A stretch of 64,000 nucleotides of DNA from an uncultured Chloroflexia bacterium (GCA_963728205.1 CAVSIV010000001.1:1056001-1120000), one strand, 5' to 3'; numbered from the stretch's first letter, positions 30,692 through 39,988 are shown. Numbers and translations: made by a program. The notes: a model not told the origin generated them from the letters alone.

Positions 30692-31093
30692 AGGATCCCC
30701 TCAGTTCGCGAACGCGCACACGCGGACATCACCCGCCCGGACGGCCGGTCGTGGTCGTGGTGGTGCCTACCCTGGTCCGTGGGGTCTTCGACTGCCCGGG
30801 CGAAGCCGACGAGTGACGGTGCCACTCACTACCCATCGCAGACGAACACGCGTGACCCTAACCCTAACGCATGGGTTAGATATGCGCCAGCCTGCGCTGG
30901 CGTTCGTGGTCGCCCCGCGCGCCCATGCTCGCACCGAGGTGGGCGGTGGGGGGTGGCAGGCCTGCGCGGGTGATTTGTCGGGCATGCTCCTCAGGCCGCT
31001 GACGCGGGGCCGTTCGCCGTGCGCCAGCCCGCAGCCGCTCGCGCGCGGTAGGCTACATCCGCCTCCGCGACACGCAGCTGACGGGAAGACGCG

Positions 31094-32455
31094 ATGACCA
31101 CGGACATCGACGAACGCGAGCTCGCTCGCCTCATCCAGGCGGACCAGGCGCACCTGCTGCACCCGCAGTACTACGCGCCCGATCACCGCGACCCGATCAT
31201 CTTCGACCACGGCGAGGGCGTCTGGCTCACGGACGTGCGCGGCCGGCGGTACATCGACGGGCTGGCCTCGCTGTGGAACGTCGCGGTCGGTCACGGCCGC
31301 GGCGAGCTCGCCGACGCAGCAGCCGCGCAGATGCGGAAGCTCGCGTTCACGAGCGCGTACACGGGCTACTCGAACGTCCCCGCGATCGAGCTCACCAGCA
31401 AGGTGATGAGCCTCGTCTACGAGAACATGGGCGGGGTCTTCTTCACGAACTCCGGGTCGGAGTCGAACGAGGGCGCCTTCAAGGCCGCCCGCTTTTACTG
31501 GAACCTCCGCGGCAAACCCGGGAAGGTGAAGCTGATCGCCCGCGAGCGCTCGTACCACGGCGGCACGCTCACGGCATCGGCGATGACCGGCCTGCCGGCG
31601 TTCTGGAAGTACTTCGGGCCGCTCGCGCCCGAGGTCATCCACACGAGCAAGCCCGACAACCTCGAGTGCGACTGCACGCCGAACACCGACGGCGAATGCG
31701 CGCACTGGATGGAGGCCGCCATCCAGCGCGAGGGTGCCGACACCGTCGCCGCCGTGATCTGCGAGCCGGTGAAGGGCGCAGGCGGCGTGTTCCCGCCGTC
31801 GGACGAGTACTTCACGCGCCTGCGCGAGATCTGCGACCGCTACGAGGTGCTGTTGATCGCCGACGAGGTGATCACGGGCTTTGGTCGCACGGGCCACTGG
31901 TTCGCGCTGCAGCGCTGGGGCGTCGAGCCCGACATCATGAGCATCGCGAAGGCCATCACGTCGGCCTACGTGCCGATGGGCGCCTTCATCGTCAGCCAGA
32001 CGATCATGGACGCGCTGCAAGACCTGCCTCCCGATGCGCGCTTCATGCACGCGTACACGAACAGCGCGCACCCGACGGCGTCGGCCGTGGCGCTGCGCAA
32101 CCTGCAGATCTTCGAGGACGAGCACCTCGTGGAGAACGCGGGCGCAATGGGCGAGCGGATGGCGTCCGGGCTGCGCAACGCGCTCGGCGGGCACGCACAC
32201 GTCACGAACATTCGCAGCCTGGGCCTGATGGCGGGCCTGACGCTCGTGCGCGACGCCGGCTCGGGTGAGGGCTACGACGCGTCGGAGGGCATCGGCGGCA
32301 AGGTCGCGCGGCACATGCGCGAGGAGAGTGGCGTCATCACGCGGTTCGTGGGCGACCACATCGTCGTCGCGCCGCCGCTCGTGGTGAACGCGGACGAGGT
32401 CGACACGATCGTCGGCGCCATCGATGCCGGGGTGCGCGCGGTCACGGGCGGCTAG
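31094..32455 (+). CDS. Class-III PLP aminotransferase (omega-amino acid/BioA-like)
   Basis: YIDGLASLWNVAVGHG, SGSESNE, SYHGGT, IADEVITGFGRTG, AKAITS. Confidence 0.9.
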   Translation: MTTDIDERELARLIQADQAHLLHPQYYAPDHRDPIIFDHGEGVWLTDVRGRRYIDGLASLWNVAVGHGRGELADAAAAQMRKLAFTSAYTGYSNVPAIELTSKVMSLVYENMGGVFFTNSGSESNEGAFKAARFYWNLRGKPGKVKLIARERSYHGGTLTASAMTGLPAFWKYFGPLAPEVIHTSKPDNLECDCTPNTDGECAHWMEAAIQREGADTVAAVICEPVKGAGGVFPPSDEYFTRLREICDRYEVLLIADEVITGFGRTGHWFALQRWGVEPDIMSIAKAITSAYVPMGAFIVSQTIMDALQDLPPDARFMHAYTNSAHPTASAVALRNLQIFEDEHLVENAGAMGERMASGLRNALGGHAHVTNIRSLGLMAGLTLVRDAGSGEGYDASEGIGGKVARHMREESGVITRFVGDHIVVAPPLVVNADEVDTIVGAIDAGVRAVTGG

Positions 32456-32502
32456 CCCCTGAACGTGAGATTCGATCAGATCTGATCATCGGCCTGTACG
32501 GA

Positions 32503-32532
32503 TTGACGGCTTCCGCGTTCAACCCGTAATGT
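32503..32532 (+). promoter_or_regulatory. Sigma70-type promoter of a stand-alone small transcript
   Basis: TTGACG (32503) - 18 nt - TAATGT (32527). Confidence 0.65.
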
Positions 32533-32537
32533 CGAGA

Positions 32538-32691
32538 GCAGGAAAGGGGGTGATGCCAGTGACTGACGACAGTAGTCACCAAACCATGGGAGTGGACAAA
32601 GGCATCTCGAAGGGGGTGCCGTCCAGTTAACGCCCCCTTGGCGTAGTGACACCTGGGCGTCCTCCCTTCGGGGAGGGCGCCCATTCATTTT
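32538..32691 (+). ncRNA. About 150-nt structured small RNA / small-ORF transcript
   Basis: Own promoter, GAAAGGGGGTGAT extended SD, GTG 32559-TAA 32630 ORF, internal hairpins, strong terminator. Confidence 0.6.
32654..32691 (+). terminator. Intrinsic terminator
   Basis: TGGGCGTCCTCCC-TTCG-GGGAGGGCGCCCA followed by TTCATTTT. Confidence 0.85.
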
Positions 32692-32752
32692 GCCCGACCA
32701 CGATGACGCTGCCGCTCGCGCCGATTCCGGTTCGCGAGCACAATCCGACCTC

Positions 32753-33542
32753 ATGCCGTTCGATCTCGACCGCTACCGCAGCCGCTTCCCGGGCGGGTCC
32801 GTGGGCGCCGCTGTGTCGTTTCGCGAGTCGACGGCGTCGACGATGGACGATGCGCGGGCGGGCGCGGACGGCGGCGGCGGCTGCGGCACCGCTTACGTGG
32901 CGGGCGAGCAGACCGCAGGCCGCGGCAGACAGGGGCGGTCGTGGGTTTCCGCGGCCGCGGCCGGGCTCTACGTCACGTATCACCTGTGTCCGGCGACGCC
33001 CGAGCGCGCACCGCTGCTGTCGATTGCCGGCGGGGTCGCGGTCGCGGAAGCGATCGAGGCGGCCGCCGGGCTCCGCGTCGACCTGAAGTGGCCGAACGAC
33101 GTGCTGCACGGCGGGCGCAAGCTGGCGGGCATCCTGGCGGAGGCGCGCCACGGCGTGTCGCGGTTCGACGTGCTGCTCGGCATCGGCATCAACCTGCGCA
33201 CGGCGGACGCGCTGCCCGTGGAGGTAGCCGCCATCGCGACGAGCGTGGAGCAGGCGGGCGCGCCTGCGCCGGCCCCCGAGGTGCTGCTCGCGGCGCTGTC
33301 GGGCGCGCTCGGGCGTCGGGCCGCGCAGGCGGAGGCGGAGCCGGCGGCGCTCGTGGCGGAGTGGCGCGCGCGCCTCGTCACGCTGGGGCAGCGCGTGCGC
33401 TTCGAGGCGCCGGCGGGACCCGTGGAGGGCGAGGCGGTGGACGTGACGCCGCGCGGCGAGCTCGGTGCTGCGGCTGCCGGACGGTCGCACGCGGGCGTTC
33501 GCCGCCGGTGACGTGCACACGATCGGCGAACGCCGGGCGTAA
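32753..33542 (+). CDS. birA: Biotin-protein ligase without HTH (apparent +1 frameshift near 33464)
   Basis: TASTM, QTAGRGRQGRSW, LKWPNDV, KLAGIL, GIGINL; +1 frame gives the natural end VLRLPDGRTRAFAAGDVH...*. Confidence 0.88.
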
Positions 33543-33699
33543 CGCCCGCCGGTCCGCGAGGGCCCGCCGAGTGGGCGCCCCGCGCAAGCCGCCGCGCGCA
33601 AGCCGCTGCGACCGACCGCGAGACGTGCACCCGGTCGCGAGCGCCCGTGGAGCATGCGCGACCCGCGGGCGCTACGCCCGGCGTGCGCCCAGGGGTGGT

Positions 33700-33728
33700 T
33701 TGACCCTGCCGAGGCCGCTGCCTAGGCT
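33700..33728 (+). promoter_or_regulatory. his operon promoter
   Basis: TTGACC - 17 nt - TAGGCT. Confidence 0.75.
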
Positions 33729-33738
33729 CGATCTCACG

Positions 33739-33825
33739 ATGAACCGGCCCACCGCCTTCGCCGCCGCGCCCCACGCTCATGTGCATGCGCACTGTGTGCC
33801 GTCGCGCGCCTGCCGGTTCGAGTAG
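33739..33825 (+). CDS. His-rich leader peptide MNRPTAFAAAPHAHVHAHCVPSRACRFE
   Basis: Four alternating His codons (33772, 33778, 33784, 33790), located between the promoter and hisZ. Confidence 0.75.
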   Translation: MNRPTAFAAAPHAHVHAHCVPSRACRFE

Positions 33826-33885
33826 CCACACCACTTCGCACCGACATCCGCCGCGACGGCTCGGAGCCTCGCGGCGTCTTCGTCT
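33798..33885 (+). promoter_or_regulatory. Attenuator: antiterminator/terminator pair
   Basis: Terminator CGCCGCGA (33849-56)/TCGCGGCG (33869-76) + TCTTCGT; GCCGTCGCG (33798-806) is perfectly complementary to CGCGACGGC (33852-60). Confidence 0.7.
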
Positions 33886-33951
33886 GTCCGAAACGCCCCG
33901 GGGCGCCTGCGCGCGACAGGTGGCGGGAGCACACGGGGAGGGACACGTACA

Positions 33952-34995
33952 ATGCCCGTCGACGCCGAACCACAGCGAGAGACGAGGGACGCGCCGGTGC
34001 CGGATCGCGGGCTGCGCAGCCGCGGCATGCGGGACCTCGCGCCCGACGAGATGGCGCGCTTCCGTCGCGTCGAGCGCGCGTTCCTCGACACCGCCGGCGC
34101 GCGCGGCTACCGCGAGATCCGCACCCCCGCGATCGAGCCGCTCCACCTCTTCACCGCCGCCGGCGCGCTCTCGCCGCAGGCGCTCGACCGCGTCTACTCC
34201 TTCCTCGACTGGGACGGCTGGAGCGGCGAGCGCGTCGTGCTCAGCCCGGACGCCACCGTCGCCGTCGCGCGCTGGTTCGTGGAGGAGGCGGCGGGCAACG
34301 GGCCGGAGCGCCTCTGCTACGTGCAGCCCGCGTACCGCTTCGCCGACGGCGAGAAGGATCGCGTGGTGTGGCAGTGCGGCGTCGAGCTCTTCGGCCTCGC
34401 CGCGGCCGAGGCCGATGCCGAGCTGCTCGTGCTCGCGCGCGACCTGCTGCAGGCGTTCGGCCTGCGCGAGCTCTCCTGCGACCTCGCGCACGCGGGGCTG
34501 GCGCGCGCGGTCTTCGCCGCCGCCGGCCTCTCGTCGACGGAGCAGCTCGACGCCTACGACCGCATGCTCGACGGCGACGTGACCGTCGCCGAGCAGATCG
34601 CGGCGGCGCGGCCGGAGGGCACCTCCGCGCTGCGGCTGCTCGCCGACGTCGACGGCGCCGCGGCCGGCTACATCGCGAACCTGCGCGCGGCCATGCTCGC
34701 CGTGGTGCCGGGCGCCGCCGGCCCGCTCGACGAGCTGGAGTCGGCCGCGCGCGCGCTCGACGCCGCCGGCGTGCCCTACCGCGTGCTCCCCGGCACGGCG
34801 CGCAACTTCGAGTACTACACGGGCGTGACCTTCCGCATGCGCGCCGGCGACGAGGAATGCGTGACCGGCGGCCGCTACGACGGTCTGGTCGCGACGATCG
34901 GCGGCGACGCCGCGCCGGGCTCCGGCTTCGCCGCCGATCTGCTGCGCCTCGCGCGGCTTGCGCCCGACGTGGCCGTCGACGGCGGCGCGCGATGA
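33952..34995 (+). CDS. hisZ: ATP phosphoribosyltransferase regulatory subunit
   Basis: HisRS-like core without anticodon domain: RGMRDL, EIRTPAIE, LSPDAT, QCGVEL, YYTG, GGRYDGL; precedes hisG. Confidence 0.85.
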   Translation: MPVDAEPQRETRDAPVPDRGLRSRGMRDLAPDEMARFRRVERAFLDTAGARGYREIRTPAIEPLHLFTAAGALSPQALDRVYSFLDWDGWSGERVVLSPDATVAVARWFVEEAAGNGPERLCYVQPAYRFADGEKDRVVWQCGVELFGLAAAEADAELLVLARDLLQAFGLRELSCDLAHAGLARAVFAAAGLSSTEQLDAYDRMLDGDVTVAEQIAAARPEGTSALRLLADVDGAAAGYIANLRAAMLAVVPGAAGPLDELESAARALDAAGVPYRVLPGTARNFEYYTGVTFRMRAGDEECVTGGRYDGLVATIGGDAAPGSGFAADLLRLARLAPDVAVDGGAR

Positions 34996-36425
34996 GCGCC
35001 GCCGACCCGCGTCCGATCCGCGTCGCGCTGCCGCGCGGCGACCTGCGCGGCCCGCTCGCCGAGCGGCTGCGCGCGGCCGGCTTCGTCGCCGAGGGCTACG
35101 GCGAGGGCTCGCGCACCTATCGCTTCGACGTCGCCGGCCGGCCAGGCGTCGTCGTGCGCGCGTTCTCCGACGCCGACATCCCGATCCAGGTCGCGCTCGG
35201 CCAGTACGACCTCGGCGTCGCGAGCCGCACCTGGATCGACGAGCTGCTCGTGCGCTACCGCCACGACTCGATCGTGCCGCTGCGGCCGCTCGACCTCGGA
35301 GGCGAGCGGCTCGTGCTGGCCGGCGCGCCCGGGGCGCGGATCGACGCGCTCGTCGCGGCGGGGCCGGTGCGCGTCGCGACCGAGTACCCGCACGTCGCGC
35401 AGCACTACCTCAACCGCCTGCGCGTGCCCGACTACCGCCTGTACGAGGTCTGGGCGCAGGCCGAGGCGTGGCCGCCCGACGACGCCGACCTCGCATTGAC
35501 CACCGACGCCGCGGCTGCGCGCGAGGGGCTGGAGCCCGTCGGCGCCGTGCACGCCGGCGGCGTGTGGCTGATCGGCAACCGCGAGGCGCTGGCCACGCGC
35601 GACCTCTCGGCGGCGCTCGAGCCGCTGCTCGCGCTGCCCCGCGGCTCGCTCGAGAGCGGGCTCGTGGAGCCCGCGCCGCTGACCGGCGCGCGCCGCGCGC
35701 CGACCCGCGCGCCGGCCGCGCGCGAGTCCTTCCGCATCGCCGTCCCCGACGGCCACGCGCAGCGCCACACCGTCGCCGCGCTGGCCGCCGCGGGCATCGC
35801 CTTCGCCGGATACGACGAGCAGCGCACGCTGCGCCGCCCCACCTCCGACCGCGAGGGCGTGGAGGTGAAGGTGATCCGTCCGCAGGACATGCCGCGCGCC
35901 GTGGCGCTCGGCCACTTCGACCTCGCGCTCACGGGACGCGACTGGCTGCGCGCGCAGCTCGCCACGTTCCCCTCGGCGCCGGTCGTCGAGCTGTGCGACC
36001 TCGGGCGGTCGAAGTACCGGCTCGGCGCGGTCGTGCCGGAGGATCTGCCGGCGGAGAACATCGGCGAGGCGGTCGCGTACTGGCGGCGCGACGACCCGAC
36101 GCGCGCGATCCGCGTGGCGTCCGAGTACGCCTCGCTTGCCGACGAGTACGCGCGCGCGCGGCACCTCGGCCGCTACCGCGTGATCCCGATCTCGGGGGCA
36201 TCGGAGGGGTTCGTCCCGGAGGACGCCGAGATCCTGATCGAGGGCACGGAAACCGGCACGACGCTGCGTGCCAACCGGCTGCACATGATCGATGTGATCA
36301 TGGAGTCGACGAACTGCGCCATCGGCGCGCCGGTCCGCCCGCCGGGCCGGCGTGGCACACTGCGCGATGAGTTCGTCGAACGCCTGCGGGCGGCCGCGGC
36401 GGTCGCCGAGCGGGTCGAGTCGTAG
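34992..36425 (+). CDS. hisG: ATP phosphoribosyltransferase with two tandem short-form HisG domains (477 aa)
   Basis: Repeat 1 IRVALPRG...DIPIQVALGQYDLG...RVATEYP; repeat 2 FRIAVPDG...RPQDMP...DLALTGRD...RVASEY...ETGTTLRAN. Confidence 0.85.
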   Translation: MSAADPRPIRVALPRGDLRGPLAERLRAAGFVAEGYGEGSRTYRFDVAGRPGVVVRAFSDADIPIQVALGQYDLGVASRTWIDELLVRYRHDSIVPLRPLDLGGERLVLAGAPGARIDALVAAGPVRVATEYPHVAQHYLNRLRVPDYRLYEVWAQAEAWPPDDADLALTTDAAAAREGLEPVGAVHAGGVWLIGNREALATRDLSAALEPLLALPRGSLESGLVEPAPLTGARRAPTRAPAARESFRIAVPDGHAQRHTVAALAAAGIAFAGYDEQRTLRRPTSDREGVEVKVIRPQDMPRAVALGHFDLALTGRDWLRAQLATFPSAPVVELCDLGRSKYRLGAVVPEDLPAENIGEAVAYWRRDDPTRAIRVASEYASLADEYARARHLGRYRVIPISGASEGFVPEDAEILIEGTETGTTLRANRLHMIDVIMESTNCAIGAPVRPPGRRGTLRDEFVERLRAAAAVAERVES

Positions 36426-36454
36426 ACGGCGGCGGAGAGGGACGGGTCGAGGCG

Positions 36455-37204
36455 ATGCCTTCGCTGGGGTCGCACATGGCACGCGCGCGGGCGGTCGCGG
36501 ACCGGCTGCGGCTGCGCGACATCGACGTCGACCGCGGGTCGTACTACTTCGGCGCGACCGCGCCGGACATCCGCGTGATCACGCGCCTCGACCGCGAGTT
36601 CACGCACTTCTACCGGCTCGACGACTTCGAGCGGCAGGACTCCGTGCGGCGCATGTTCGAGGAGAATCCGGGGCTCGCGCAGCCGGCCGGCCTCGACGCG
36701 GCGACCACGGCGTTCGTGGCCGGCTACATCACGCACCTCGTGCTCGACGAGCGCTACATCGAGGACGTCTACCGCCCGCAGTTCGGGCACGACTCGCCGA
36801 TCGCCGACGACCCGCGCCGCAACGTGCTCGATCGCGCGTTGCAGTACGAGCTCGACCGGCGCGACCGCGAGGACCGCGATGGGATGCTCGCCGTGCGCGA
36901 CGCGCTCATGAGCTGCGCGCCGCCGCACGACATCCCGTTCATCGACGACGAGCACCTGGTGCAGTGGCGCGCCGTCGCGGCCGACGTCGCCGCGCAGGAG
37001 CCCGACTACAGCCGCTTTCGACGCATGATGGTGCGCCACCTGGCCGCCGCCGGACTGAGCGAGGACGAGATCGACACGTACTGCGACACCCCGGAGGCGC
37101 TCGTCCGCAGCGCCTTCGACCACGTGACCGACGAGCGCATCGACCGCTTCTGGGCCGAGGCCGACGCGGAGATGTTCGAGCGCGTGCGGGAGTACCTGCG
37201 ATGA
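36455..37204 (+). CDS. Zinc-dependent phospholipase C / P1-nuclease-like family protein
   Basis: N-terminal H, GATAPDI, THFY, GYITHLVLD metal-binding pattern. Confidence 0.7.
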   Translation: MPSLGSHMARARAVADRLRLRDIDVDRGSYYFGATAPDIRVITRLDREFTHFYRLDDFERQDSVRRMFEENPGLAQPAGLDAATTAFVAGYITHLVLDERYIEDVYRPQFGHDSPIADDPRRNVLDRALQYELDRRDREDRDGMLAVRDALMSCAPPHDIPFIDDEHLVQWRAVAADVAAQEPDYSRFRRMMVRHLAAAGLSEDEIDTYCDTPEALVRSAFDHVTDERIDRFWAEADAEMFERVREYLR

Positions 37205-38562
37205 CGCCCCCCACGACGTCGTCCGCGGTGGAGCTGACGCTGCGCATCGTGGAGGGAGCGGAACGGGGCCGCGCCGAGGTGCTGCGCCGCGCACCGCTCT
37301 CGGAGCCCGCGCTGCCGGACTCGCTGCAGCGGAGCATCGACGAGCTGTGGGGCGAGCCGGTGACCGCGCGCGATCACGTCGCGCGGATCATCGCCGACGT
37401 ACAGCGCGAGGGCGACGCGGCGGTGCAGCGCTACTCGCAGCGCTTCGACGGCTCGCAGTACACCGCGATCGAGGTGACGCACGAGGAGTTCGAGCGCGCG
37501 TTCGCGGAAGTGTCGCCGGCCGAGCGCGACGCGATCGAGTTCGCGGTCGAGCGCGTGCGGCACTACCACCGGCTGCAGCTCGAGCACGGGCCGACGTCGT
37601 TCAGCGAGCGCGGCACGGGGATGATGGTGCGGCCGCTCCAGACCGCCGGCATCTACATGGCCGGGACCGACGCCGCGCTGCCGTCGTCCGTGATCCACAC
37701 GGGCGTGCCCGGCGCGGTCGCGGGCGTGGAGCACCTGATCGGCGTGACGGCCGCGCGTGCGGACGGCTCGGTGAACCCGCTGAAGCTCGTCGCCGCGCAG
37801 CTCTCGGGCGTGCGGCGCGTGTTCCGCGCGTCGGGCGCGCAGGCGATCGCCGCGCTCGCGTTCGGCACGGAGACGATCCCGCGCGTCGACAAGATCTTCG
37901 GACCGGGCGGCATCTTCGTGACGCTCGCGAAGCAGCAACTCTTCGGTCGCGTCGGCATCGATGCCATCTACGGGCCGACCGAGACGCTCGTGCTCGCCGA
38001 CGACGCGGCCGCGCCGGACCTCTGCGCGGCCGACCTGCTGGCGCAGGCCGAGCACGACGTGCTCGCCACGCCGATCCTGATCACGACGAGCGTCGAGCAC
38101 GCGCGCGCCGTCGCCGCGGAGGTGGAGGCGCAACTGGAGACACTCGAGCGCGCCGAGATCGCGCGTGCCGCGATCCGCCGTGGGGGCGCCGTGGTGGTGC
38201 ACGACCTCGACGAGGGGCTCGGGCTTGCGAACGAGTTCGCGCCGGAGCACCTCTGCCTGCTCGTCGCCGAGCCGGAGCGGCTGGTGTCGCGCGTGCGCAA
38301 CGCCGGCGGCGTGTTCGTCGGCGAGTCGTCGCCGGAGGTGCTGGGCGACTACACCGCGGGCCCGAGCCACGTGATGCCGACCGGCGGCTCGGCGCGCTTC
38401 GCGTCGCCGCTGTCGGTGCTCGACTTCCTCAAGGTGACGTCCACGGTGTCGCTGAGCGACGAGGACCTCAATCGGCTCGGGCCGTTCGCGGCGACGCTTG
38501 CGCGCGCCGAGGGCCTGACCGCGCACGCCCGCAGCATCGAGCGACGCCTGGAGGGACGATGA
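37201..38562 (+). CDS. hisD: Histidinol dehydrogenase
   Basis: GAQAIAALAFGTETI, KIFGPG, GPTE, QAEH, APEH, GDYTAGPSHVMPTGG. Confidence 0.95.
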   Translation: MTPPTTSSAVELTLRIVEGAERGRAEVLRRAPLSEPALPDSLQRSIDELWGEPVTARDHVARIIADVQREGDAAVQRYSQRFDGSQYTAIEVTHEEFERAFAEVSPAERDAIEFAVERVRHYHRLQLEHGPTSFSERGTGMMVRPLQTAGIYMAGTDAALPSSVIHTGVPGAVAGVEHLIGVTAARADGSVNPLKLVAAQLSGVRRVFRASGAQAIAALAFGTETIPRVDKIFGPGGIFVTLAKQQLFGRVGIDAIYGPTETLVLADDAAAPDLCAADLLAQAEHDVLATPILITTSVEHARAVAAEVEAQLETLERAEIARAAIRRGGAVVVHDLDEGLGLANEFAPEHLCLLVAEPERLVSRVRNAGGVFVGESSPEVLGDYTAGPSHVMPTGGSARFASPLSVLDFLKVTSTVSLSDEDLNRLGPFAATLARAEGLTAHARSIERRLEGR

Positions 38563-39752
38563 CGCCGCCGAACGACCGTCGCGCCGAGCGCGAGCGCGGC
38601 TCCTCCGGCCGTGCGCCGCGCGGGCGGTTCGACCCGCTCCGCGGGGAGCGCGAGCGCTTCGATCCGGAACTCGCCCTGCGATCGGCGATCCGCGATCTGC
38701 CCGGCTACCAGGGCGTCGAGGACCTCGACGCGGTGGCGGCCGAGTACGGCGTGCGCGCCGCCGACGTGATCAAGCTCGACGGCAACGAGAACCCGTACGG
38801 CGCATCGCCGCAGGCGCTCGGCGCGCTGCGCGGCGACTACCCCGTGCACCGCTACCCCGACGCCGAGCAGCGACGGCTGCGGGCGGCGATCGGCCGCTAC
38901 GTCGGGGTCGACCCCGCGAGCGTGGTCGTCGGCGCGGGCTCCGACGAGGTGATCGACATCCTCTTTCGGCTCTTCATCGACGCCGGCGATCGCATCGTCG
39001 TCGCGTCGCCCACCTTCGGCATGTACGACTTCGACGCGCGCCTGCGCGGCGCCGACGTGATCGACGTGCCGCGCGCCGACGACTGGAGCCTCGACGCCGA
39101 GGCGCTGGCCGACGCCGCGGCGGAGTCGCGCGCGGTGTTCATCCCGTCGCCGAACAACCCGACGGGCGGTCTGCTGCCGGTGCCGCTGCTCGAGCGGTTG
39201 CTCGACAGCGGCGCGCTGGTCGTGGTCGACGAGGCGTACATCGAGTTCGCGCACGCGGAGTCGCTCGCGCAGCGGGCGGCGACGGACCCGGCGCTGGTCG
39301 TGCTGCGCACGTTCAGCAAGTGGGGCGGGCTGGCGGGCCTGCGCATCGGCTACGGCGTGATGGCGCCGGCGCTCATCGACCTGATCCTACGCGCGAAGCA
39401 GCCGTACAACGTGAGCATCGCGGCCGAGGTCGCGGCGCTGGCGACGCTGGAGGACACGGCGGTGCTCGACGAGCGCGCGTGCGTGATCGCTGGCGAGCGC
39501 GAGCGCATGGCCGCGGCGCTGCGCGGGCTCGGCTGGGTCGAGCCGTGGCCGTCGGAGTCGAACTTCCTGCTGATGCGCCTCACGCGCGGCACCGGCCGCG
39601 AGGTGCGCGACGCGCTGCGTCGCCGGGGCGTGTTCGTGCGCTACTTCGACACGCCGCGCCTGCGCGACTGCATCCGGATGTCGATGGGCACGCCCGAGCA
39701 GAACGAGCGCGTGCTCGAGGTGTTCCGCGCCGTGGGCGAGGAACTCGCGTGA
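38559..39752 (+). CDS. hisC: Histidinol-phosphate aminotransferase
   Basis: KLDGNENPYG, GSDEVI, SPNNPTG, DEAYIEF, RTFSKWGGLAGLRIGY. Confidence 0.95.
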   Translation: MTPPNDRRAERERGSSGRAPRGRFDPLRGERERFDPELALRSAIRDLPGYQGVEDLDAVAAEYGVRAADVIKLDGNENPYGASPQALGALRGDYPVHRYPDAEQRRLRAAIGRYVGVDPASVVVGAGSDEVIDILFRLFIDAGDRIVVASPTFGMYDFDARLRGADVIDVPRADDWSLDAEALADAAAESRAVFIPSPNNPTGGLLPVPLLERLLDSGALVVVDEAYIEFAHAESLAQRAATDPALVVLRTFSKWGGLAGLRIGYGVMAPALIDLILRAKQPYNVSIAAEVAALATLEDTAVLDERACVIAGERERMAAALRGLGWVEPWPSESNFLLMRLTRGTGREVRDALRRRGVFVRYFDTPRLRDCIRMSMGTPEQNERVLEVFRAVGEELA

Positions 39753-39821
39753 TGGTGGTGTCCGCGCGGGAGTTCCGCGCAGTGGGCGAGGAACTCGCGT
39801 GATGGTGGTGTCCGCGCGGGC
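39722..39821 (+). repeat. 50-bp tandem duplication of the hisC 3' end
   Basis: 39722-39771 versus 39772-39821, near identical. Confidence 0.9.
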
Positions 39822-39824
39822 CGT

Positions 39825-39988
39825 CGCCCGCGTTCGCATCGGCGGCATGCTGCCGCCGCTTGCGACGGTCGCACGCGGCACGGTCCCGTCAAGCGGCGGC
39901 AGCATGCCGCCGACGCCGACGCGGGCGAGAGCCCGCTGACCACAGCGGCGGCAGCATGCCGCCGACGCCGACGCGGGCGAGAGCCCGC
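39825..39988. repeat. REP-like inverted pair plus 52-bp-period duplication
   Basis: 39825-39862 is the reverse complement of 39890-39927 (3 mismatches); 39892-39936 equals 39944-39988; core hairpin CGGCGGCA-GCA-TGCCGCCG. Confidence 0.85.

Noticed and set aside
39722-39988. Possible mini-CRISPR array
   Set aside because: Units are tandem or inverted duplications without unique spacers of regular length, and no cas genes are in the window
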